From: Podospora anserina
Lineage: Eukaryota
DNA: 64,000 bases
NCBI GenBank assembly: GCA_017654855.1
Contig: CM030336.1
Coordinates: 2,170,001-2,234,000 of the forward strand
Direction of reading: 5' to 3'
The notes below the pieces were generated by a model, which did not search any database, was not told the DNA's origin, and saw nothing but the letters and a program-made list of their open reading frames with translations. Both the position numbers and the translations under genes were made by a program. Shown here piece after piece: positions 23,871-35,268 of the stretch. Every line of letters starts with the position of its first letter. Position 1 is the first letter of the stretch.

Positions 23871-24051
23871 TCAGTGCCTCATAAGCCTATGTTACAGTGA
23901 TTATCTTTTATATATTACAGGGCGCCGCCTCTGCAATCCACCTTCCCTCAGTGCTCTGGCAACTGTCAAATGCTGCAGTCAAAGTCTTCTTCGCTCTCAG
24001 TGTACTGCGCCGATAGCTATTCGAGCCTATATTCTACAGGCCTTAATAGCA

Positions 24052-24288
24052 CCTAAAGGAGTTATAAAAAACTAAGCGCGAAAAGTAATATATTCGTTCC
24101 GCTTTTTTTCGGGACTATTTTGTAGTGGAGCCCTCCGTTACTATCCCTTCCGGTTTTCTTTTCTAGATTTTTCTTTAGGCTTTAACTAGCTTTCCAACCT
24201 TTCCTTATTTTTTAATATAGTTAGTACTTCCTTCTTAACCGGTTAGGGTACCGCCGGTAATACGCCTTTAATTTCTTACGGTAATTAA
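24052..24288 (+). pseudogene. C-terminal remnant of the antisense accessory ORF of E2
   Basis: Ends ggt acc gcc ggt aat acg cct tta att tct tac ggt aat taa (GTAGNTPLISYGN-stop), homologous to the E1/E3 C-termini. Aligns with the reverse complement of 4031-4270. Confidence 0.7.
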
Positions 24289-24328
24289 AGTATAATATTA
24301 ACTATATACTAGTCCCTAGGTATTTATT

Positions 24329-24398
24329 AACTTTATAATATAGTATATAGCACGCTGGTTATTATATCGGAGGCGCAGGTTCGATTCCCGTCGAGGTT
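24329..24398 (+). ncRNA. tRNA-like unit embedded antisense in E2 (best-preserved 3' half)
   Basis: aacttta-ta-atat-agtatata-gcac-g-ctggt-tattat-atcgg-aggc-gcagg-ttcgatt-cccgt-cgaggtt-tt. Forms a cloverleaf after de-RIP; B-box GGTTCGATTCCC. Confidence 0.75.
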
Positions 24399-27300
24399 TT
24401 ATATTTAATTTAGCAAATATAGTTTATAAATTTAAATATTTTAATTTTTTACTTTAATCGGTTTAAGGATTACCGGTAGAATTTTTAAATTTATTTGGGT
24501 AATAGACATTTACTATTAATTTCTCTAAGTAATCTATAGCTGGGTAATTTAAATAACGAATTAAATATTCCAATCATCTACTTTTAAAGTATAAATCTAA
24601 TATTTCTTCTATATTATACTTTTCCCTTTCGTTTTCCGCTTTTTTTCAAATATTAGCCCTACTTACAGGTGATACGGGTTTCAAACGTAAGATATAAAAA
24701 GTATATAAATATAAATATAACATATTAAATACTTTTAATTTAAATAACGTCTCTAATATTTTTCCTTTCATTTTAAACGGATTTATATTTCTATAGTCTA
24801 GCATCTTACTAAGTCTTTTAATACGTAAATTACGTATAGAAAAGAATGTTATATCCCTTTTTTTAAAGCGAGGTTCTTCGAGTTTTTTAATATTATAGTA
24901 TTTTTATATCCTTCCCCTTATAAAATCTTTTAAAAAATTTATTGTAAAGTATATATAATTTACTTACTTTAACCCTAGCCCTAAGTACCTTCATATTGGG
25001 TCCTTCCCGTAGATTTACCTTATATCCGAAATCTAAAAAGAACGACATAATACTTATTGTTTTCATTGATAATATATTGTATATTAATTGTATTATAAAT
25101 AATCAATTTAATTATTTTACCTGATATTAAGATAGTTCTGTAAGTACTATTCTACAATTTAGTGTTGTCACCAATTAAGGCTCTTTATCAGGTAAGAAGT
25201 ACGTTTATTTAATAAATTAAGTCTATTATAATTAAGCTTCATAGTAATTTTATTATTAATACGAACTCTAAAAACCTATAAAACTTGTATTTATAACTTT
25301 TATTCTTTTGTATATATAGTGTAATTGAATAGCTTCCTTAATATCGCTCTTAATCTTTAATTCTTTAAAGTAGTATTTAAATTTTCTATAGTCTTTGTAA
25401 TATTCATATACGCTCCGAACTTCGATGCGTAAATTTTTATTATTAATACGGTTTTCTTATTTAGCTTTACGCATATTCAACTTCTATACTATATTCTTTC
25501 TTAACAGTTTTTTTAAATACTTTACGGCTTTAATTTCTCTTATTAGTATTACTTTGTAATATCGTTATTTAATTTCCTTGAGAATATATATTAAAAATAC
25601 TTTGTTTACGATATATTACGTAATACCTTATTTAAAATTAAAGTAAGTACGAAGAAGTACTTTCTAACGTCTTTTTAAATAATAATAATAACTCTCTAAA
25701 TATATCATTATATTAATCGGCTCCCTGGCTAAATAGTTTTACTTTAGCGTTTTTTGAACTATGTCTATAATTAAGTTAAAATTATATTTTAAAAAAAGCT
25801 TTAATTAATGCAACTACTATACGTTAAGGACCTTCATAGAAATAAAATATCGTAAATCCTTATAATTCGTATAGACCTGTATTTCGTAATTAATATTATT
25901 AAAGTATCGCTTTTATTCTTTGAACGTTTCGATGATAACGGGTAATCTTTTATTAGATTAAGTAATTCTAACGTATTTCTTTTATCTTTTTTAAAAACAA
26001 TTTACCGGATCCTTTAAAATAACCTTTTAGCACCTAAAAACCTCCAGTTTTCCTCTTGCTCCTACCAAAACCCTACGTTTTTCTTAATTAAAGAATTAAA
26101 CAGTTACGCGATTTTTATATACTTCCGGATAAATATCTGATAGAAATTTATAAATTTGAGGAATTCTTTAAAATATATTTATAACCACGGTTTAAATTAA
26201 TTCTTAACTATCGTATTCTTCCTAGGTTGTCTCCGAATCTTAACGATATTAAATATCCTAGATATATTATTTTTATAGTCAAAACTCGTTTTTTTCTTCA
26301 TCAATTAAAAGTCCAGCTTTATATAGTAGGTTTAATTTTTCATATATATATTATTTATGTTCTTTGAAAATATATAAGTAAATAAAAATATCTTCAACAT
26401 AATATATTACTATTTTATCGAGGTACTTCCGGATTATATCATTAACAACAAATTAAAACGTTACGGGCGTGTTAATTAATCCGAATAATATTACGAAATA
26501 TTTAAAATAATTTTAGGGTATATAAATCATTATTTTTCTATTTATTTTATCTTTAATTAATATATGAGTGTACTTGATAGGTATTTAAGCATATAGACTA
26601 TTACGCTTTACTTAGTTAATTCCGTAATTTAGATATTGACGGTAGCGGATAATTATCTTCTACCGTTTTATTATTCAATTAATAATACTTAATAGATATA
26701 ATTATAAATTACAATTTTTTGCTCGGTACGAAAAATACGAGGTACTTTGCTAGCGATATGAACTCTTTGATATATCCTCCCTTTAAATTTTTGTCTAAGT
26801 ATTTCCGTAACTCCTTATTTTATTTATTATTAATGTATAGACCTTAAATAACTATGGATTAGTTCCTTTTTTTTTCTTTAATTTTATAGTCTCACGGTCC
26901 TCGCTTTAAAAATTCATTTAAATACTTAACTGTAAAGGCTAAATATCCTCGATGTTCTACCGGTACTACCTTTGTCTTAGCTTTCTTTAGGTTATTATAA
27001 TAAACGTAATTATTAATCTCCGATATTTCTACTAACGTTATTAGCCTTATTTTTCGATTTTACCGTTTATATCGATAAAGTATAATATTGCATTCTAATC
27101 TCCTTACGGTAGTACCGTAAAAAGTACTATTCTTATACTCTACTTTATATATATTTTTAGCTTTCTATCGTTAATTAAATATTTTTAAGGTTTTCTAATC
27201 GGAAGTAATTACTATTGCTTTAATCGATATTGAGATTATAATCTTTATGTTATAGTTAATTTAGAAATATAGGTTTGGAGTGTGCTATCTTTATCATATT

Positions 27301-29762
27301 GAATATAATTAAAGCTATTTTTCCTTCGACTATAATATCTAGGGATAATACTTTTTATAGACTTTTTACGTCGGATATAATCTTTATATAACGATTCATT
27401 CTTTCTTTTATACTAGTCTAGTTCAATATATAAACTCTAGCGAAATTAAATTCGTTTTTATATCTTCGTTTATTAATCTTACCGTTTAAATATCCCTCTA
27501 ATGTATTATAACCTAAAAGTATATATCTTTCTTACTTTTTCCTTTCATAATAACGATTTCGTTAATAAATATTAAATTGTTATCATAGACTTTTACTTTA
27601 CGTTAATATTCCCGATATTACTTTTCGTAATTTAATAAAAACTACTAACTTCCATAAAAGGTTATAAATTATGTTTGAAACGGTAATATTTTTTAAAAGT
27701 ATTTTTCTATTCCGCGTTATTTCATAATATAAACTTTTTTAATTACTACCGTTAAGCCTTTTTTTTCTATTCCTGGTATTTTGTCGAGCTTATCTCCGAT
27801 TATTTCTCCGTTATTTAACTGTTGTATTAAACCCAGTTATTAATTCGTAATATCGCTTAGCCTTTTCCGGTAAGTAAAGCATATATTCGGAGCTTAAGTA
27901 ATATATTAATATTACTTTTCTTTATTAAATTATACTATCTTCTTTATTGTTTGGGATTTTTTACTAGATGTAATTTTTTATATACTTAGGTATAAACTGT
28001 ATAATTTAAACGTTACCTGTTAATTTTACCGGGTCTTAGACTCTCTAAACATTTTTTGGTTTAATTCCTTATAGATTTGTTCCTATTTAACTATCGTCCT
28101 TTAACTAACCTAAACCTACTTTCTTTACTTTCTTTACGTACCGGTTAATAATTATATAGTAATCTACTTTAATAGTATTTCATATATCCGTATATGATAT
28201 ACTGAAACTAAAATACTTTTCGATATACCGGATATTCAAAATAAAACTATATTACGTTTCTCTTATAAAATATATACCATATAGGTAAATGTATTTATTT
28301 TATTCTCTTGGAGAGTTTAATATTAGCAATCTTTTTACCCTTTTAATATTTTTCTTTACTTTTATATACGAGTTTCTTTAACTGGGGCGTTCGTTGTATA
28401 ATTACGGCTTGATATTAGTAAATTTATTTTTTAGTACCGTTTATTGAATAGGTCTTTCCTATTATATAAAATCGTTAGTTTTATAACCTTTAGAGTAATT
28501 TCCGTAATAATTTGTATGAATTAATCCTATAACGCCTATATTAAAATCTCTTTCTTTATACTCCGCCTTTAGCCTTTTTATTACTTTCAATAGCCCCTAA
28601 AACTTTACTTCTTCTTATTTGGTATACTAATAAGGAGTTTCCTCGAAATTTACTAGCTTATTTTTTAATACTTAATAACTATGATTTTTATAACCTTCGA
28701 TCCTTTTAATATAAAATTATTATAACGACCTCTTCTTTTTATCCGAATCGTTTAAATACCCTATAATTATTTTTCAAAGATTTCACTTTACTATAATTAA
28801 AATACTTAAAATTATCCGTACTTTAACTTTGGCTTTATAGCTTTTATTACTATGTAGCGTCGACCTTTGAAGCTCCCGTATATATAATACCGGAATAGTT
28901 AGTATTAAAGTATTATAATTTATATTTATCGTTAAAGCGGTTATGCCTATAGTAACCCCCGGTTATTACCTTTTTTTCCCCGTAGAACATTCAAATTACC
29001 GATCGTCGATTCGTATAGCTACAGTAATATATTTATCCATATTATTAAGCCTCGAGTTTTTATCTAATTTATCCTTTGCTTTTTCTTTAAAACCGTTATA
29101 AAAGACTTCTATTAACCCCTTATAGTTAATAATATTACGTAAATCATTGATTTTAAAAAAAGCTGCGTAATTTATTATTAAATACGTTTAACGTAAGTTT
29201 ACGAATCTCCTTTATATATGCCTTATTTCAACGTACTTGGTAAATACTTCCTTAAGCTTAGTTTTGTAAGTTTAGTAACTGTTAAAATATTATACGGTAA
29301 AATCCTTCTAACTCTCGGTTTTTTTTTATAATTATTAAAAATAGGTTCGAAGTACATAAAAGTTTGATTTTTAAGTTTAATCGCCGCAAAACTTACTTTT
29401 GATTTTTCGGTAATAACCTAATTTAAATACTAGCGAAAAGTTTTAAATTAAGTTAAAACCCCTTTAGGCTTTACTTTTGTCTCTTTATAGTATTCCGCTA
29501 CCGGAAATTCAATCCTTGATTTAAATACGGTCGAGATAGCGATAATCTAATTCCTAGTTTAGTAAGTTTTACCTTTAAATTTTTTAATATGTTTAATAAG
29601 CCATTAAAGCGAAATGATTTCAAGATTTATAGCTATAATATAAGGTCTCTCGTTATTTAAACCAAGTAGGACGCTTCTTATTTAAACGTTTCTAGGTTAG
29701 GCTATAGTAGTAAAAAAAAGCTTTCAAAATATTTATAATACAGCTAAAATAAATATAAAGCG

Positions 29763-29875
29763 TATAATAAGCCCCTACTTACAACCTCTAAAAGAAATAC
29801 TAATCGAAGATACTTTTAAATGATCCTACTTTGGTATAGCTAAGTAATATAAATAATAAGTAGTCTTAGTAATAA
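29763..29875 (-). repeat. U5 remnant of the E2 5' LTR
   Basis: tataataagcccct...aacctctaaaagaaatactaatcgaagatacttttaaatgatcct aligns with the shared U5; the adjacent PBS/leader matches 23400-23432. Confidence 0.75.
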
Positions 29876-32800
29876 TATCTTTTAATATTTTATGCCCTTG
29901 ATATAATATACTGTATTTTATTAATCAAAATTATAATTTCAGAGACAAAACCTATCAAACTTTATAAATTAATCCTCCGTATTGAACGGAAACCTTTATT
30001 ATTAATAATACCTTTATATATTTATTTAATATCAATTCCTACTCAACAATCAGCAATTCGAACGTATACCTTTAAAATCCTGAATATTTATTATAATTTA
30101 ATAAATAAGTATAGTTTAAAAAACAGAATGTTAGATTAAAAAAAGGACATGAACCAAAAAAAAGATAAGATATTATTAAACCTACTTTGATTTCAAAGTA
30201 ATACAAAATATCTTTTATGCATTAAGAGTAAGATTAATTAATACAATAATCATTAAGTATGTACTAATTCCTGGTTAAATTCAAAACCTTTCAAGTTAGA
30301 ATTAGTCCCGAGGAGAGTTTAATATCCCCTATTAAAAGTCTGTAATCTTTAAAACTAGACGAGGTATTTATGACCGGTCCTGAAAATAAGTAAACTCTAT
30401 TAAATTAAAGGATTATAAATCGGTATACTATTTCAAAATTAAAAAATCTTAAGTTCTATTTTTATAAACTAAAAAAGTGAAAAATAAAATTATTTTAATA
30501 ATTCTAATATTAAAGTAGGTCCTTACAAGGCTTAACAATAAACCCCAGGTAAAAATTATCTATTATAAATCTAAGTGAATAATAAACTAAATACCTTTAG
30601 ATTTCTACTCAATATGATGTTTCTTATTTACTATACGTTACTTTTAAACTTGTTATTACTACGTAAAAGCTGATTAAGAAAATATACCTTTAAAATATAA
30701 AGTCAGGCCAATAGTTATAAGTTTCTAAAATAACAAGAACATATATTCTATAAAAGCTTTTATTTTAACTTTAATTTTATTTTTGAAATATATAGTATCA
30801 ATTATAATACCTTTGTTAAAATACACAAGCACAATAGTTTTATAGGTGCCTTTTTTACAATTGAAAAAAAATTTTCTAGTTAAGTATAACCGAGGGCTAT
30901 TATGAATTCTCTCATTAAGCTTACGAAATTATTAAAAATAAAAAGTAAAGATTTAAAATCTAGAGAAAATGAAATATGTCGTTTAGAAAGCCTTTATAAA
31001 ATTTAAAATAAGGTTGTAAGTTTTAAACACGTAAATATACTAAATCACAAAAAAAAAGTTTTAGAATACTAATTTCGACTTTAATATATTTTTATAATGT
31101 TAAAGGAACCCTTTATAGTAATTGACGTAAGTAATTATTTATTAATGAGCCCTAGTAAAGCATATATTGATAGGTGTAAAGGGAAGTTAAAAAAGGTTTA
31201 TTCAAAATAGAGGGCCTACTATTTTTTAACGTTACAATAATGCGGGACAAGTATTACACAGCCTTATAAGCAAGTTAAGCCAACCATATATATAAAAAGC
31301 CAAAACCTTTATGTTGCAAAATAATGCGGAAATATTAGTTTTATTATAATTTAGAAAATAGTTTAATTTAAGAACCCTCAACGCAAATGATACTACAGGG
31401 AGTTTGTATTAAAACTATATTAAAAATGATTAATTATATAATACCGTTCAATGCTTTATATTAAACTTACCATATTTTTTACTATATATAACTTTACTAA
31501 ATATATATACATTCATACTAAAATAAACCTAAAGGTTATTTAAAATTTAGTAAAATATATTAAAAAAATTAATAAAGTAAATATTTATTTTAACGTTAGT
31601 CTTATTGGTAAGGATATTTATAACGATAGGTTTAGGATACCTAAAACATTTACCGATTTGGATTGTCCTAAGGACCTTAAAAACTTTAAAATTATTTAAA
31701 AGTTTTTCATTAGAAAGAATTAATAGGCCTGCAAATTAAAGATTAAAATAGGCCTTTACCATAATATTTTCTATTATAAAAGCTATAATAAACCTGTTTA
31801 TAAGAACTTTTCAAGAGGTTTTATAGGTTAAAAAGGTCTTAAATATAAAGAACTTAACTTAAGATTTATAATACTTACTTACATATATAGTAGTGATATA
31901 GGCTCTGTATTTACTACCTATAGCTTAACGCTTTATAACTGTATTAAATATACCTTAAGAAAATATATAATCAAATAATAAATATTAAACACTTATTTAT
32001 TAAACAAATACCTACTAATAACCTTATTAGAGTTTTAGTAGGTTAAAATCTTAAAGAGTTTATAAAATAATAGGCCTTATAAAAAATCCTAAAGAAACGA
32101 TTAAAAGGAATTTTAAATTGCTTTCAAATCCTTATCTCTAAATATTACATATATTTGTAGTTTAAAGTAACTACTTAATACTACATTATAAACTTTAATA
32201 CTTTTTATTTTTCTTATAATAATCAATTTATGAACTAAGTTTTACTTTTCTTTAAAAAGTAAATTTAAAGCTAAACTATTTTACATAATATGTTAATAAA
32301 CAACATTAAAAATAGGTCCCTACAAGGCCTGCCTTATAGCAGGTTACTACTATAGTACTACAGAGTTTTAATTACGAAAGAAGTATCAAAAATATTCAAA
32401 ATATTTAATAAAACAGTTGCCTGGCATTTACTTAGTACTCTATAAAGTTTCTACCTAATAATACTAACTATATTAAATCTTTATTTTTAATACTATAATT
32501 AATTTAAATAACCTAAATTTTATATTTAAACTAATAAACTTTATAAATACTATATAGCATCTATAACCAAGTAAATCTATAACATCCGAACTTATCGGAG
32601 CCCAGTAAAATAATTTATACTATTTTATATAGCCGTAAGTATCTTTAATAAAACATAATTAAATCGTCGATTTTTAAACCGAACCTTAGCTTAGTAACCC
32701 GCTATAATATATAAGGCCGGATAAAACCCTTGGGGAATATAGAATTATAGTCGAGAACGAACCTTATAATAAAGTATTAAGTTAAAATATAAAAGGTTAT

Positions 32801-34685
32801 TATAAAATTTATAAAAGTTTACCCATAATACTTTTTTTCTATATCACTCCAAGCGTTATAACTTTAGTATACCCAGTAGTAAACTATAAGTATTGTGCAA
32901 ACTATTTCCGCTACACCGTAGGTACTATAAGTATTTACCGTTATAGGGCCCTTAGGTCTGTATATGTAATATAATATTTAATAAATATATTTATTAATAA
33001 GTTAATGATATGAACGTTGAATTAATATAATTAAACAGATGTCGGGTATTAACTTTGTGAGTTTGTTTTTTTAGGGGGGAGGGGATTTCTTAAACTTTAT
33101 AAAAAATATAAGTAATCTGATTTATAAAATTTATTATTAGAATTATTATTAATATAGCGCTTAATTTAATAATAATATAAAAATTCAAAATCTTTCGTAG
33201 TTTAATACTTATATATTGATATTTATCTATATTTTTAAGCTATACGTTCCTATATAAAGAACATATTACTATATAAATCTTCGAGATTTAATGTTAAAAA
33301 AAGGTTTAATAGTAATATAAAATTTTTATTAGGGAAAATAGGGTTTATTGTATAATAAAGAAATTATAAATATAATTATTAATATAATTATAAAAATAAT
33401 TATAATACTAAGATTACTATATATATAGGTCTAATTAGGGTGTGAGATTTAGTTATTACTAAGCTAGTCTTTAAAGCAGTGGTAGAACAGTAAATAGATT
33501 ATATATACTATAAAATATAAACTAAGAATAAACCTAGAAAAAGTATTACTATACTATAGTTTAAACTACTGCATTGATTATAGTATATTTAATATTGTAC
33601 ATTTTCTCAAATATGAATGTCTCGCAATTTTATAAAAAAAAGATTGGTGATATAAATAATACTAGTATGTTTAACTATAGTCACTTAAATATTAATACCA
33701 ATATTTAGAAAAATAATAATAAAAATTAAATATAATAGTCTCTTAAATACTATTACTATAATTCTAATAAAGTCCACTAACTTATTAAATAGTACTATAA
33801 AAGGTTTTTCTTTTATAACACAATCAATAGTATATTGAATATAATAGTAAATGTATTAATATTTAAAAGCCTGATAATGATAATTACTATAGAGAACCCA
33901 TTTATTATCATTTAGATTTAAAAAGTGGGATACTTCAAAACTGTAACAGAAATAGATATATAGTGTTTTTTAGAAGAAGAAAAGTATTAATGAATATAAT
34001 TATAAAAACTTTATTCATAAAATAATTCAATATAAATTTAATAGTAAGGGTAGCTATAATACTATTTAGGGATAAAATTCATGTTATATCATAAACTCTC
34101 ATTATAGTGTAGAAAGTTTAAAAAAACTAAGGAAACTACTAAACCGCCTATTAACTCTATTAATAAAGCTTATATCAAAGCCATTAATTTAATAACGCTA
34201 GTTAATATCAACTTAAGAAAGGTACTGAATAGGGCATATATTACTAATATTAAAATACATTTAGTATAGTTACTACTATAATTAGTTAAGTACAATAACT
34301 ATTAAAACGGGCATGAATTAAAAAGAAAATCTGTTAAAATAAGTAAATATATATTAAACTTATGCATAATTAATATATATAATTATTAGATATTTTTAAC
34401 TAAATATAACTATATTATTAAGTTTTAAAATAAACTCTAATTTATTTATTTATTATAATATGTAAAGCTTTATAACGCTTTTACAGGGAATATAATAATA
34501 ATTAAGTATAATTTTACTATAAGGTATTACATTAAAATTATAAAAAGCTATTATCAGAAATATAGAGGGTTATTTACTCTTATACGTAGTGTATAATAGT
34601 GCCTTTTTTGTGCTATATACTTTCTAATACTTTTTTTAAAAAATTAATAATAGTTTTAAGTTTTATTTATAATTGTATTCTATAC
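29876..34685. repeat. Unclassified RIP-degraded repeat DNA
   Basis: AT-rich with no ORFs; no diagnostic motif identified with confidence. Confidence 0.55.
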
Positions 34686-35127
34686 TGTGACGAACCCCTG
34701 TACAGAACCTCTGAAAGGGATACGGGTTGAAGGTAACTTCTGACAATTGGTTCGGTGCAGCTAGACAGTGCACAACAAGATGTCTCAATGTAAACACAAG
34801 ATACCGTGAATACAACTGTGGATTGCATACTGCGGAACTGTCTATCTACACCAGCCAGTTCCTCCGTATATATAGATCCTGGGGCCCTGAGGTGCTCGCC
34901 CTGCTACGGCCCCGATTACCCATAACACATTGCATCCTGCAAAGTGCTCGTCGTGCTATGCCTCTGATCACTCGTAGCATCTTGCATCCTGCAGAGTGCT
35001 CGTGTGTCTTGGCGCCATAGCGCTTTCGTCCAGCCCTGATTGGCTGTCTCCTGACTTCTCTAATGATTGGCTAGGGACGTCCTGCGCCCCACATGTGGCG
35101 CGGCCTGCTGTTGGGTTAACTGTGACA
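34686..35127 (-). mobile_element. Solo LTR of the chromovirus family, least mutated copy, at the AT/GC boundary
   Basis: TGTGAC...GTGACA termini, perfect TSD tatac/tatac, shared R/U5 module. U3 has a TTGCATCCTGCA(A/G)AGTGCTCGT direct repeat and two GATTGG boxes. Confidence 0.95.
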
Positions 35128-35268
35128 TATACCTATTTTTAGTTAAGGGCTAATTTTAAACATCACTACATTACTATTGAAGCAATATAAAAAATTCATG
35201 ATTGTCTACCATTGCTAGGTTTCTAGTTTATGAGTTGGGAGGTACCTAATACTGTAGCAGACTTGAAG

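Larger units (their letters stand above)
14195..24051 (+). mobile_element. Probable LTR of a second family (14195-14596 plus 23876-24051) split by insertion of E3
   Basis: GC-richer segment with TGCT...AGCA ends and a TATAAAA at ~14508. E3's TSD lies inside it; no TSD of its own was found. Confidence 0.5.
13739..29875 (-). mobile_element. E2: RIP-inactivated chromovirus split by nested insertions (internal body 24052-29762)
   Basis: 24052-29762 is colinear with E3 internal sequence (chromodomain ~24530-24600, RT YxDD relic ~26380-26410, gag). U5 remnant and PBS at 29750-29875. Assigning the 13739 LTR to this element is inference. Confidence 0.75.
1..35127. repeat. AT-rich block of nested, RIP-degraded transposable elements
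   Basis: Very high AT with abundant TpA and almost no long ORFs. Retroelement motifs are recognisable with TAA/TAG/TAT in place of CAA/CAG/TGG/TGT codons. Composition switches abruptly to gene-like after ~35130. Confidence 0.97.

Noticed and set aside
30355-30395. EVFMTGPE resembling a copia RT motif
   Set aside because: Single weak match with no supporting neighbouring motifs.
4868-35127. Constant repeat plus variable segment resembling a CRISPR-like or cassette array
   Set aside because: Units are dispersed, in both orientations, have TG...CA ends and 5-bp TSDs, and pair as LTRs of E3. They are LTRs, and the context is eukaryotic with no cas genes.
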